Source: Podarcis muralis (Eukaryota). From it: DNA of 64,000 bases. The notes beneath the pieces are model-generated. The model was given only the letters and a program-made list of their open reading frames with translations. It was not told the origin of the DNA and ran no database searches. Position numbers and translations under genes: made by a program. The DNA lies in assembly GCF_964188315.1 (NCBI RefSeq), contig NC_135668.1:9300001-9364000 (forward strand), written 5' to 3'. Numbering within the stretch: the stretch's first letter is position 1; each line of letters begins with the position of its first letter. Of the stretch, positions 48,366-60,611 are shown piece by piece.

Positions 48366-51300
48366 ACTTCCCAGGCTAATAAAGGCTCAATAGGAAGCAG
48401 GGGGTCCAGAGGTCAAGGTTCCAAGATGCACAAACAAGGCAAGTGGTTCATAACCAAATGGAAACTACACAGATGTCCCAAGAGTTGACACATCCCTTGT
48501 GTCAAGTTATTAAAGAAAGGATGGGGTGAGCTCACTCAGGGGGGACTCTTGTCATACGAGACTGCTGAGTGTGCACGTATCTGTTCTGAGTGGGTGCATC
48601 TAATCCCACCAAGGAAGGGGGTATCTGGTTCTTGACAACAAAACTGTCTCCTGCCCCTCTGCCTCCAACTCTGAAATCAGCTCTGGCCATAAGAAGCTGC
48701 CTTATAGTGAGTCAGGCCAATTGGTCCATCTTGGCTCTCCGGGGTTTCAGGTAAGGAATCTTTCCCAGCCCGACTTAGAGATGCTGGGGATTGATTGAAC
48801 CTGGGATCTCCTGCATGCAAGACAGGTGGCTACATCCTAAGGAAGTTTCTCCTGGAATTTAGCAAAAGTTGGCTTCCCTGCAATTTCCACTCATTAATTT
48901 TATGGATGTTATGGAACGAGAGTTAAGTTTTCTCTCTCTTCCCCCACACCACCTCATAACTTTGTAGACCATGGTCATATTCCACTCTTCCATTCTTTCT
49001 CTTTAAGCTGGAAAGCCTCAACTTGCCTAACTGGAAACATGTTCTGCCATCTTAATCATTTGGATTGTGATTTCTGCATCTCTTCCAGCTCTACAATAGC
49101 TACAGCATAGAAACTTCCACATACATTCGCCACCACTCGAAAGTGTAAGACAATAATCTGCAAATGCCCACAAATTCTGCTGTTCTCATATTACAGGTGA
49201 CAGCAGCCTCTCTGCTTAGAGCCAGGTCACTGGATTGGGAACAGAGGATACTGCATTGAACAGTCAGTCCACTGATCCACTTAGCTCAGTACTGTCCATC
49301 CTGATGGTGGCTCTCCAGGGTTTCAGACAGCAGTCTTTCATGGCCCTATCCAGAGATACCAGGGATTGAACCTCAGGTCATCTAAATGCTCTATGAAGAA
49401 GCTATGGCGCTTCGCCTGAGATGGTGCCACCAAGGAAGGACTCTAAAATGCCAGCTGCACCACTGAGAGTAGACCCTATTTTGAGTAATGTGAAGGAACA
49501 CCAGGTAGCCTTGTGTCAGAGAAATAATAAGAAAAAGCATTTCATTTTCCAGCTGAGAAAGACAGACTCTGCTGCTACCTAATTTCCAAATGCAATACCC
49601 CTAGGCTGGGTTTCAAACTGATTGATGCACACTCAACTGCCGTTCATCTCAGGAGGACAAGTAAACATGCAAAGGATTGGACTGAAGAGCTTGTACATAT
49701 TTTAGGACTTCAGTCCAACCCAAGCAGATATTTCAGCATTGGTTGGACCCAACACTTTTGACCTTATAAATAATAGAAGTCCCATCTTCATGCAAAACAT
49801 TATCTGCCATTTGCAGATGAATGGAGCCTGAACATCTACCCTAAGGAGTTTATGGTTGTTTCTCTCTCTGAGGGTTGCTCTCTGCTTATTACTGTCTCTC
49901 TTTCTAATGCAAATAAATGCCCATACTTCTGTGGGATGAAATCTAGTTATAAAATAATACCGTTTTTGTTTTGTTTCTACATATACACAAGTGCACTGAT
50001 TCTCAAGTCAATTTTTTAAGTCCCCAGGAATCAATTGTTTATATTTTGTGACAATGGGTCCATCTGAATGGCTTTCCCAAAGAAAACATCATCCTACACT
50101 AACCTTCCCCAACCTGGTGCCCTGCAAATGTTGCTTGGTTGGGAATGGGAGCTATAAGCATAGACCATGCCTAGAAAGTACGGAGATGTAAGTGCAGGTC
50201 AGCCTTGTGTTAGAAGTGCCAATGCTTGATTCAGCATAAGGCAGCTACCTAGGTTTGTTGACCTGTACTAACTGGTATGTTCAAGTCCCCCGTTCTGTAC
50301 TAAATAACACTGTTAGACAGTTATATCATTATTTTTATTTATTTATTTCATAAATTTTGTACACCACTTGATTGTGACAAACCAAACAAGTCTCAAAGTG
50401 GTTTACAAAAAGATAAAAACAAGAAAATCAAGGGGTGAAATACAATACTATAAACAGACAGAAAGTTAAAATACTAAAACAAATCAAAATTCACATAAGC
50501 ATTTCTAAGCATCTGGATAGGCTTGCTTTGAACAACAATATGTTTAGGTTAGCCACACATCCTAGGCCTTTGTTAGCAAAACGGAAGAATCAGCTTGAAA
50601 GAAATGAACCTTGTACTTGAGCAGCCACATCATAAAGGTGACGAGATTATGTATCAAGTCCCTGGCTTTGGATGCATTTGCAGCCAAGATTCCAAGCGAG
50701 AAATGATGCATAAGAGAAGGTCAACACAGGCTGTGTACACACCAGACCTTTAAAGCACATCCGAAGCACACACATCACAAAGAATCCTGAGAACTGTAGT
50801 TTGTTAAGGGTGCTAGGAATTGTAGCACAGTGAAGGGTAAACTACAATCCCCAGGATTCCTGAGGACAGGAGATGTGCTTTGAATGTACTTTAAAGGTAT
50901 GGTGCAGGATGCTGCCTTATACTGAGGGCTCATCCTGACTTCCTTTCGCACTGTGCTTTCCAGGAACAGGTCCATGCTTTAAAGCTCTGTATCCGGCCAG
51001 GGTTTGGTTTTTTTGTGTCCCAACACTTTCCCCAGGGAACCTCACATTCTACCACTGAATCAGACCAAATGGCAATCCACAGAAAATGTGACTGCTGTTT
51101 GCTTCAATTCAGTGCCAAAATGTGAATTTTCCCAAGGAAAACGCCAGGACAAAAAAATACCACTTGGACACGGAGCTTTAAAGTCCAGACCTGTGCCTAG
51201 AAACACAGCGCAAAAGGGAGTCTGGGTGAGCCCTGAGTCAACCATTGGTCCACCCAGCTCCATATTGCCTATGAGACTGGCAGAGGTTCTCCAAGGTTTC

Positions 51301-52527
51301 AGGCAGAGATGTCTCCTTGACCTACCTGGAGATGCCAGGGGCTGAACCTGCGAATTTCTGCATGCAAAGCTGAAGCTCTACCACTGAGCTGTGACCCTGG
51401 ATAATACAGAATCTAGGTGATCTTATCCAACTTCCTGCTCAGTTAAAGAATCCAGAGCTGAAGCATCTCCAGCAGATGACTGTTCTGCCTCTGCTTGAAG
51501 ACCTCCAGCCATGGAGAACACACCTGCCCAGGTCATTGCTTTCATTGTTCAACTGCTCTTACCATCAAGAAGTTCCTCCTAATGTTCAACCAAAATCATT
51601 AGATCACACACACACTTACTAAGGCCTCCTTACATGCATATAACTCCTGCCCAACACAAACCTGCCCTTAAACTCTCTGACAGCGCCATCCTATTATCTA
51701 CCTATTGAAAGTAAATCTTGCTTATTTCTGTGGCGTTAACTGGCAGTCAATTGGTTTTGGCATAGTGGAGATGTAACCCACAAAATTTGGAATGTTCAGG
51801 GTTAACCGTGGAAGAGGACTACTGCCTTAGGGAAGATGCTGATTGGATGGAGTTCAGCAAAGCCCTTGGTTCTACAATACCATAGCTGAGGTCACTCTGC
51901 AAACACATTTTGTCTCTGTTGGAATATCTTTGCACACTCATGCACTCATTGAAGGAGGGGTGGGAAGAGAAGGAACTTACCGTTTTACATAAACATAACC
52001 CATATAGAGAAGAACAGTTTACACACACTAACCACAGACACACATCTACCGGAAGGCCTCTAAATGCAGGAACCCGCGCTCCCCACCAGCACCATCAATG
52101 TCAACAGCTTGCGGATGGAACCTGCACAGTCTTTTGCCTCTAATCCCTTTTTTCTTTTTTGCACGGCGCTCCTGTTGGGGGAGGGAGCGGGGTCCAGCGC
52201 ATGCATCTTGCAAAGGTTCGGAGGGAAAAGGGAAAGCCAAGAGGTAGCTCCCTTGATGCACGGTCCCCCTCCCCCCCTTTTTTTTTCTTTTTGCAAGGGT
52301 GGAGTGCGGGGAATGAGGGGAAGAGACGCGCCGGGGAAAGGCTCCATTGCACGTATCCTCTCCAGGAAATCGCACTGAAGGCCACATTGCTCGGCCCCGG
52401 GGAAAGATAAGCACAACCCCGAAGGCACCACGGGGAGGGCAGCGGACTGGGAGGAGGAGGCCTCTTTGCCCGGGCGTCCAACGGGCGAGGCCTCCGCCCT
52501 TCTCCACCCCCCGCTTTTAGGACTCAC

Positions 52528-52690
52528 CGCTTCGCTGCCCCGGTCCTCGGGCCCCGCCGAACGTCTCCCCCGGATCCTGACCCGCAGCGCCCACCGGCGC
52601 CTCCTGCTGCAGCGACCGCAGCTCTCGCGAGGCTCCTCCGATCCTCCTTCTCCTGCCCCCGCCCCGCACGCACCCAGGGCTGGGTGGCTC
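52528..52690 (-). other. SCAMP5: Probable non-coding exon 1 of SCAMP5 (5' end approximate)
   Basis: Donor GCG|GTGAGT (intron starts at 52527) within a CpG island, downstream of GC boxes. Confidence 0.7.
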
Positions 52691-52734
52691 CGGCGGATGA
52701 GAGAGGGGCGGGGCGGGGCGGAGGCGGAGATGCT

Positions 52735-52755
52735 GCTGCTGTCCCCGGTGCTGAA
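52735..52755 (-). promoter_or_regulatory. RE1/NRSE element (REST binding site)
   Basis: Minus strand reads TTCAGCACCGGGGACAGCAGC versus consensus TTCAGCACCnnGGACAGCGCC. Both half-sites and the 2-nt spacer are intact. Confidence 0.85.
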
Positions 52756-53804
52756 ACGTCTCTGGGTGCGGCGAACAGCCGGAGAGGAGGGACCAGGATG
52801 CAAGGCGGAGGAGATGCGAGGCTGCTGGTGCCTACAGTACCAGGAGGAGGACTTCAGGGCCTGCTCAGCGGAATGAGCAAGCCCCCTCCAAGCAGAAGGG
52901 CTGGCTTAGCGCATTCTGACGTGCACATTTATTTATAAAGCCATGCCCTCTCGCAAAATATCAGGGTGCAGTACAGCAATAGAAGGGCATTATTTTTAGA
53001 AAACATACACATTATGAGCAGTACAGAACACTCGTTAAAATGACTGGCCACTTAAGAAAACGGTGAACTTTAAACAAGGTTTGAATGTTTTAAAAGCTGC
53101 ATAAGCCTGTCAACATTATATTAAAAATAAAACAGCTGTTCAAGAGGCACCTGAAAATCAAAAGTGAGGGTGCCTGCCACATCTCTGCTGGAAGAGTGTT
53201 CCACAACATGGGACCAGCAACACTAAATGCCCAACTTCTGGTGAGGCTGGTCAGGTCTCTGTAACACAGGGGACAACTAACAACGCTTATCTCTGTTACC
53301 AGATTGAGATTTAAGGGTTCAGGTGGTCCTTAAGGTATCCTGGACCCAAGTTGTCCCAGGCTTTGTACAGTGACACAGGAGCCTTGAACCTGGCCCAGCT
53401 GCCTATGGGCATATGTTGCCATCTAAAGAGCACGACTTACTACCAAGACCGTTAAGTCCAGAGTCTAAAATTCCCAGTGGGTAGCCTTTGACAAAGGAAG
53501 TTTTAGAACTGGGTTTCCCACTCCTATGAATCTGAAGAAAAACATGCATGTGTTCAACTTTGCAGCTCAGAGTGGAAATACAGTTCAAACTCAAGCATAC
53601 ATAAAGCAAAGAGTTGTCAAACTGTGGTCTGCAGACCACTAGAAGTCCATGATCTCCATTCAGGCAATCTTCAGAAAGGCTAAACTAAAGCTGAATATCC
53701 ATTCTTTATCCTGCTTATGTTTTTTATGACTACAGAAATTGAGTCTGGTTTTTTTAAAAACCTGGGGTAGATTTAGCAAACAGGCTAATTACAACCATGT
53801 AGAC

Positions 53805-54056
53805 CATGGGTAGGCAAACTAAGGCCCAGGGGCCGGATCCGGCCCAATCGTCTTCTAAATCCGGCCTGCGGATGGTCCGGGCATCAGTGTGTTTTTACAT
53901 GAGTAGAATGTGTCCTTTTATTTAAAATGCATCTCTGGGTTATTTGTGGGCCATAGGAATTTGTTCTTTTTTTCCCTTCCAAAATATAGTCCAGCCACCC
54001 ACAAGGTCTAAGGGACAGTGGACCGGCCCCCTGCTGAAAAAGTTTGCTGACCCCTG
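53805..54056. mobile_element. hAT MITE, same family as the 21086 copy
   Basis: Same ends and body; perfect 8-bp TSD atgtagac. Confidence 0.9.
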
Positions 54057-54793
54057 ATGTAGACAGTGTGACAAACTTAGATACATGAGCAGCTGTGATT
54101 CCACAGTAAACGTCAATCTGTAAGCACCACATGTGGCAGTGGATCTACAGGATCTGAGACAGAGACCTTTCCCCAGCCCTAGTGAAAGGTGCCAAGGTGC
54201 AAACTTTTCACACTCTCTATGGAAAGTATGTGTTCTCCTATCACATTTTGATGTGTTGTCAACTGCATATTTCTACCTCACAAGCTGTACCAGGAACGAG
54301 AACGTAAGGGCCTGCTGGATCAGGCTGCTGGCCCATCTAGTCAACCAGCCTGTTCTCAAAGTGGCCAACCACATGCAAGTGGGAAGCCTGAAAGCAGGAC
54401 CTAAGATTGGGCTGCTAAAACTTATCACCCTTCAATTCAGAATGCTTCTCTTTATATTATAGATGACCTCTGCAAGCAACCAAAGCAGCTTCATTGAAAA
54501 CTAGACACACACATCTGTGCAGAAGTAGTAATACTGAAACCATTGCTATTTGGCTTAAGTAAATTCTAGTAATAGAACAGAAATCAAACAAAATTTTTGG
54601 TAGTTCTGAAATTATAAATTATTTACAGAATTTAACTGTTCAAATGCTAAAGTATCATGCAGGACAAAGCCTTCTAATGTAAATTTGGTAATCCTTTCAG
54701 GAGAAAATTCAGAGTATAGCGCATCTGGCAAAATTAAGAATGAGGATCACAAGGAAGAATATTCAGAGGCAGGGAGTGTTTGTTAAATGTTAC

Positions 54794-54939
54794 TTATAAC
54801 TTCCGTTTTAATTTTGATTTCCGATCAGAGAAAATACTTGTTTCATTTGGAATCCAGTATGCCAAGTAATCAGAGCAGCCAGGAATGAAATCCTGTATTT
54901 CTCCAAGGAATTTGTTCATCTCTTTAGCAGAAGGATAAC
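54794..54939 (-). CDS. TERB2: Telomere repeat-binding bouquet formation protein 2, last coding exon (146 nt)
   Basis: tttacag|GTTAT. Encodes (G)YPSAKEMNKFLGEIQDFIPGCSDYLAYWIPNETSIFSDRKSKLKRKL*; recalled human is GYISIDAMKKFLGELHDFIPGTSGYLAYHVQNE...KLKRK (MAJIN-binding region). Confidence 0.92.
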
Positions 54940-55309
54940 CTGTAAAGTAAAGGTTAAAAGGTACACATTTCACAATCTCAATATTGTTTTAAAAAACACA
55001 GAAAGAAATGTTGCAAAGCACAGAAAGAAATATTGGAAGGCCTTAAGTAGCTCAATAACAAAGCAGGTTTTTTTGTTGGCTGTGCATACATGACTTTAAG
55101 GGGAACCCTTATGTTTCCACTAATGGGACACAATTAGCAACTTGAGAGAAGGTGATTTAAACAGCACAGAGGAACAGGGAAAGAGTTTTTAAAAGCCCTC
55201 CACTAGCCCAACAATCCAATCCTACACACACCTGCTCTTAAAATAATGAAATTTTCTAAGAGAGACAGAAAATTCAGGGATAACTCTCTAGTGTCATATT
55301 TCATTTTGT

Positions 55310-55410
55310 CCTGATCCCCATATAGGACAGCTGCATATTCCTGCATTGCAGGGGGTTGGACTAGATGATCTGGCTGGGTCCCTTCCAACTCTACAGTTCT
55401 ATGATCTGAT
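55310..55410 (+). mobile_element. CR1 3' end
   Basis: ggggttggactagatgatc...cccttccaactctacagttctatgat. Confidence 0.75.
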
Positions 55411-56472
55411 GTCATAACCCAAGGACAGGAATATAAAGAGAGATATATATATCATTAATTTAAATTGTGTCTATTTGCATGAATAAATGTAATATTATTT
55501 TGATGCAGCTTTTAAAAAACTATTAAAACTGGATGAAAAGGATTGCTTCTGTAAATCTAATTCAATTTTAATATCTGAAATCAATAACAAATTCACTTCA
55601 GCCCTTTCAGAAACTGTTGCAAAACAGATGAAATGAAATGAATTGAATCAGACTAATTAAACCCACACTTCACAGTTTAAAGGTACACTGAGTTCCAGTC
55701 TTGTCACTAGAGATAGAGGTTGCCTCTGTGGCATGGAGTGCCTTTTACCAGAAATGTCTGGCTTGCCAGCTATGACCACTTCTGGACAGCAGTAATCTGG
55801 CTAGAGTAATGGTTGGATTATTGCAATCTGAGTTATGTGGGACCACCCTTGCAGGAGGTTTGGGAGCTTCAGTTAGTACAAAATTCACCCACATTACAAT
55901 TACACCAATTCTAAAAAGATTAATTCTTCGCCTTTGCTTCATCATTCAAGATGCTGAACTTTACCTAACTAAACTGAGACCTGAGTTCCTAAAGAAGTAG
56001 CTATCACAAAGGACTCTGGTCTCCTGCCATTTCTCTAAGCCAGGCTGTCACATACCTCCCACCAGTTCTATTCAAATGCACTTAAGGATGCATGCCTGTA
56101 GTGCAGTTTGTGGAGGGTGCTGGGAATTGTAGCTCTGTGAGCCATTAAGCATAGTTCTCAGAATTCTTTGGGAGAAAGAATGTCCCTTCAATTTGCTTTA
56201 AATGTATGGTGTGTACTGTGTACAGAGCCTGTGCCTCTAGGTAAACCACAGTTGTTGAACCAGGGGTTTAAATAGATTTTTAACTTATCTAACTGAGCAA
56301 GTTATAGTTTGCCATTCATTGATGAAGATCAGATTAAAATTTGCTGCTTTTAATCTTTGTTTTGTGTTTTATTGTATTGGCTTTATGCCGTACTTAAAAC
56401 TGAGGTCATGTGCATAATTCTGTAGTGATAAATCCTAATAGTGATAAATCCTAAACTACACTTTGTTCTTAC

Positions 56473-56561
56473 CTATCACCATATTGCTTGCTGGATAATC
56501 TTGTAGTGGAATATATGCCATCTTCACTGTTTCTACTGTCCCTGGGATTTGATTGTCTTCA
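56473..56561 (-). CDS. TERB2: TERB2 exon 6 (89 nt)
   Basis: ttacag|TGAAG...GATAG|gtaaga. Encodes (S)EDNQIPGTVETVKMAYIPLQDYPASNMVI(G); recalled human QMYFPLQNYPVNNMVTG. Confidence 0.9.
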
Positions 56562-56774
56562 CTGTAATTTCAGACAGAAATTTTGCTACTATTTACACTT
56601 TCAAAAGCCTTTTGTTTTTTACAACAAGCAATATAACACCAGAGAAGTCTTTTAATTCCAGATTATTATTTTTGTTTTCCATCAGCTTGCTACTCAAGGG
56701 ACAAGAATCTGCCCTGAAGAAGGAGATTTACAAGAGCATAATTTTTAACTTGTGCTGCTTTGTATTATGTAGAC

Positions 56775-56982
56775 CAGGGGTCTGCAACCTTTAAGACAAA
56801 AAGAGCCACTTGGACCGAAGAAAAAAAAACTGGGAGCCACAAAACCATTGCGACATTTAAAACAGTGGGGAGTGTCGGGGCACACAATGCGGCTCCTCCC
56901 CTTGCTAGTATCCGCCCCGGAGCCGCGGCAAAGGTGTAAAAGAGCCACATGCGGCTCCGGAGCCGCGGGTTGCTGACCCCTG
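56775..56982. mobile_element. hAT MITE (208 bp) in TERB2 intron 5
   Basis: TIR caggggtctgcaacc...ggttgctgacccctg; 8-bp TSD atgtagac/atctagac. Confidence 0.85.
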
Positions 56983-58087
56983 ATCTAGACCCAGCCTCCA
57001 GCTATGATTCATCAGACATTTATATTAATGAAGCAAACAGGTTCAAACTGTTAAAAGGCATCCTCTCTTCATAAAGATTCTTGGAACTGTCAATTCCCTG
57101 GAATTACTTTGGTTGGAAGTCAAGGGAGCTTACTACTGTGAACAGGTTGTGACTTCATATGGAACATACACTGAAAGCACATAATTTCCCCAACAAATCC
57201 TGGGAACTGTGGTTTGTTAAGAGGGCTTTGAATTGTAGCTCTGATGTAAACCGCAGTTCCTATGAGTCTTTTGGGCAGTCACATGCCAATATATATCACT
57301 GGTGTACACAACCAGCGATATATTCTAAATATGTTGCCAGAAACAGATTTTTTAACTTACAGGATTTCCCCCAGAATGGGAAAATCAAGATGAAGTGGGG
57401 GAGCATACAAGCTGGCATTTTGATGCCAATAACATCTTGCAGACACAGAAAAACAACAAACCTGCATTCATGAGGAGCACTATTCCCACAAACAAAACCT
57501 GTCCAGAAGCACCATATGATAAAGTGGAATAAAACCGATATAACTGACTTCTTGTAGAGACCGCCCTGTATGACTTCTAGTATGCACTGCCCTGAGACCT
57601 CCAGGCAGTATATAAATTCAATAAATAAATAAAATAATAGGCCAAGGCAATGGAACAAGATGCATTAAGTAACCTGATGTAGACATCTTTTCTGGCTGTG
57701 GGAGCTCAGTTGAGCAGACTACCTTTCTTTGGTTCAAATTACTTCCCTTCTGTGAGGGGAGCTAATTAATGCTTTCATATCGGGTATCCAAGCTCAACTT
57801 AGAGTAGACCCACTGAAATTAATAGACTTAAGTTAATCATGTTGATTAATTCCAGTGTTGATTAACTCTGGATACAACTCAAAATCTGGGCACTGTTGAT
57901 AAAATTACTGTTGGTGGAGTGGTAATGATATCGGACATTTACAATAAAAAATTAAGAATTGAGAACTAGCTGTGGGAACTGACTTTAGCTAATCCATACT
58001 ATCACTGAACACATGCCACCACCAGTGTATTTTAGCTACTGCATAAAACTACAGAACTCCAACAATATCATCTGATACAAAATATAC

Positions 58088-58161
58088 CTTTTCTCCAACC
58101 CTTTCTTGGCCTTTATCTCTTCTTCTACCCTGTGGCACTTTACATCAACAGGTTGACTGGG
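58088..58161 (-). CDS. TERB2: TERB2 exon 5 (74 nt, divergent linker)
   Basis: tatacccacag|CCCAGT...AAAAG|gtatat. Encodes PSQPVDVKCHRVEEEIKAKKGLEK(S). Chosen because its phases (0 in, 2 out) join exons 4 and 6 in frame; sequence similarity is weak. Confidence 0.7.
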
Positions 58162-59164
58162 CTGTGGGTATAAAAAAATGGCCATAGCTGAAACTGGGCA
58201 CAGGACTCAATGTAGCATGCAGTTTTATAAAAGAGATAGGAATTGGCTCCAAAAATATTAAAAGTATTATTAATTATTGCCACCAATCCATGCATTATTC
58301 AGTGCTGAGCTACATAACACCGGAGTCAAGCTCAGTCTTTCACTCCTGTGTGGAGAGTCATTGGTACTGAGTTTTTCCTCCTACGGACAAGACTCACATC
58401 CTTATTAGGCAATTAGCATGGAGGTGGATGGGTGGGAACAGAGAAAGAAATGGGCAGAAGGAGAGAGAGTATGGCAGTAAAGCAGAGGGAGGGGTAAGCA
58501 TGCAGAGAGATAAGATTTGGAGGCTGGTCAGTTAGAGAGAATGGGGCATTGCCCCACCAACCTCAGCCAGGCCCCATCTGCCTGCCTTCTGACTTAATGT
58601 CAGGGCTGCCCTTATATAAGTGAGCAGGGAGGAGGATGGGGTCAAAACTAGCAGTCCATCTGTCATTGGTTCTGGCTACACCTCTGGCCTCCCTGCCTTT
58701 TGTCCCACCAGCTCCAAGGGTCATCAGCCCCCACAATAAAATATTTGAGGGGGCTGGGCCCCCACAAGGTTGATGGGCATTCCCATTCAAATGATGGGAC
58801 CCTTGGAGCTTGTGCACTTCATCATGTGATTGTTTATTCAGGGTGGGGCTTACCCAGGCCCCACAATATTTTTTTCAAGTTGGTACCCTGGTCATCAGCC
58901 ATCACTGGAGACAGGCAAAGGGAGGAGCAGATAGAGACAGGCAGAGAAGCACAGAGGGAAAGACAGGCGGCTCTGAAGGAAGGAAGAAAACTACATACCA
59001 AGTTCATGCTTTCAGCAAATTTCAGTTATTTCATTTTGGAGTACTATTCCATACTGTACATACAAATGCTGTATGTGAAAATCTAAAATAAAAAAGTTAC
59101 AGACCAAAACAGATAACTAAATTAAAATTAAAATCATGTAATGTACATTTGATATTATTCTTAC

Positions 59165-59226
59165 CTGCAACTTCAGAGGGTTGGAAATCTGTTCCCATAT
59201 AAAGCTGCCATTTTTCTGCCTAATTT
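59165..59226 (-). CDS. TERB2: TERB2 exon 4 (62 nt)
   Basis: ctacag|AAATT...TTGCAG|gtaaga. Encodes (E)IRQKNGSFIWEQISNPLKLQ; recalled human EIRRKIGSFIWEQ. Confidence 0.92.
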
Positions 59227-59553
59227 CTGTAGGGATTGCAAAAAGAAAGAGAATCAGGCTTTCCGTGCCGCTTTACTAGATGATGCAGTGTAATGGCCAT
59301 CACTCACTAACAATGTTTGCTGCTGAAGTGCTTCAAGGACCCATTTTAGTTAGGCAAAAGCACTTGAGGCAGGTGCTCAGCTGGGTTGGTGAGGGATGTG
59401 TGGCCTGGTGAGAGTGCCAAGGGTTGGACAGAGAAAACTGAAGGACTGCTTTTCACCCACCATGCCCAAGGACTGCTTTTCACTCACCATTCACCCCATC
59501 TTAAATAACAAGTGTAATATTGAAATGGGGGGGAAATACTTGTGCCTACACAC

Positions 59554-59693
59554 CTTGCTGCACACAGGCAGGTAAAAGGAGGAAGTGTCCTAATGCTGTT
59601 GAGTTTTTTGTTTCAGAGTTGACACATGCCGTAAGATAAGAAGAATGAAAAACAGTGACTCTGTCTTCTAGATAATCTAAACTCTGGTGTATT
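59554..59693 (-). CDS. TERB2: TERB2 exon 3 (140 nt)
   Basis: cctctag|AATAC...CAAG|gtgtgt. Encodes (R)IHQSLDYLEDRVTVFHSSYLTACVNSETKNSTALGHFLLLPACVQQ(E); recalled human IYQSLDYIEDNATVFHAYYLSA...ALGHFILPPACLQKE. Confidence 0.93.
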
Positions 59694-60529
59694 CTAGAGG
59701 AAGAGGAAGGGTGTTACAGAAATGAATATGAAACATCCAAACAATTGTTTTAATTACAGCTTTCAATTAACTCTCAAGCAGGATGAATTCCTCCAAAGAT
59801 CAGCCAAGGTAGAGGATTTGGAGGCATCCTTAACTAGAATTAGTTTGTTTCTTGATATATTTTTTACCACCACAAGCGAGTGCTGCTAGGATATTTTGCC
59901 TTGGCAGCAAAATGCCTTAGATCAGGAGTTCCCAAACTGTGGTCCATGAGCTTCATTCAGGTGTTCTGCAGCCCGTATGTGGATTTGTGGTTGGAGAAGG
60001 CGCATCCAGCACATTAAATATTCATATTGAGTTTTAATTGCATTTGCATTGTTTATTTCCCACATTGTATTTAACAGTTTTCCAATTTGAAGATAATGGA
60101 ATTCAAATTGTAATACTATAAAATACAATAAAACGATATAGCATCTAGCACAGGCAGCACATGACAATTGCTGCAGCAATCCAGAAAAATCATTAAGTGG
60201 TGCACTAAGAGCCTCAGCAATTTTCATGTGCTCGTGGGGGAGCGGGGAGAGTTTGTGAACCACAGCCTTATGTCATCTCCATTCTCAGGTATATAGGCAA
60301 TATAATCTACAATATATACATATCCTCCATCCCCAAGCTATTAAATATCTGTGAGATACCTCTTGCATTTCCAATACAGAAGGATATTTTAAACCTGATT
60401 TACATCCCAACACTTCTCCTTCCAGAAATTAAGCAGCAGAAGCAGAAGCTTCTAGTGTACAATGCCCAGACTTCAGACCATGTCTGGTATTGATAAAGAC
60501 TGAGCTATAAAGCCAGCTACAAAATATAC

Positions 60530-60611
60530 CTTTTTGTGTCAGGGTGCGAAGCATCACTGCTGAACAGATAATCAGCAGCATCCTGGTTTGTGATCACTCC
60601 TCCTTCAGCAA
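60530..60611 (-). CDS. TERB2: TERB2 exon 2 (82 nt)
   Basis: ttctgcag|TTGCT...AAAAG|gtatat. Encodes (V)AEGGVITNQDAADYLFSSDASHPDTK(R); recalled human VAEGGTISDPRAADFLFSCDASHPDTLR. Confidence 0.93.

Larger units (their letters stand above)
52150..52900. promoter_or_regulatory. SCAMP5: CpG island / SCAMP5 promoter with SP/KLF GC boxes
   Basis: Very GC- and CpG-rich stretch, GGGGCGGGCGGGGCGGAGGCGG at 52705-52726. The long ORFs in the track here are by-products of GC richness. Confidence 0.85.

Noticed and set aside
52060-52938. Long overlapping ORFs (247, 153 and 136 aa)
   Set aside because: Stop-codon scarcity in a CpG island; low-complexity Arg/Gly/Pro/Ala content.
56640-57749. Extra TERB2 cassette exons (acceptors at about 57750 and 56714)
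   Set aside because: Neither joins exon 5 (phase 2) to exon 6 in frame with a GT donor; both lead to stops.
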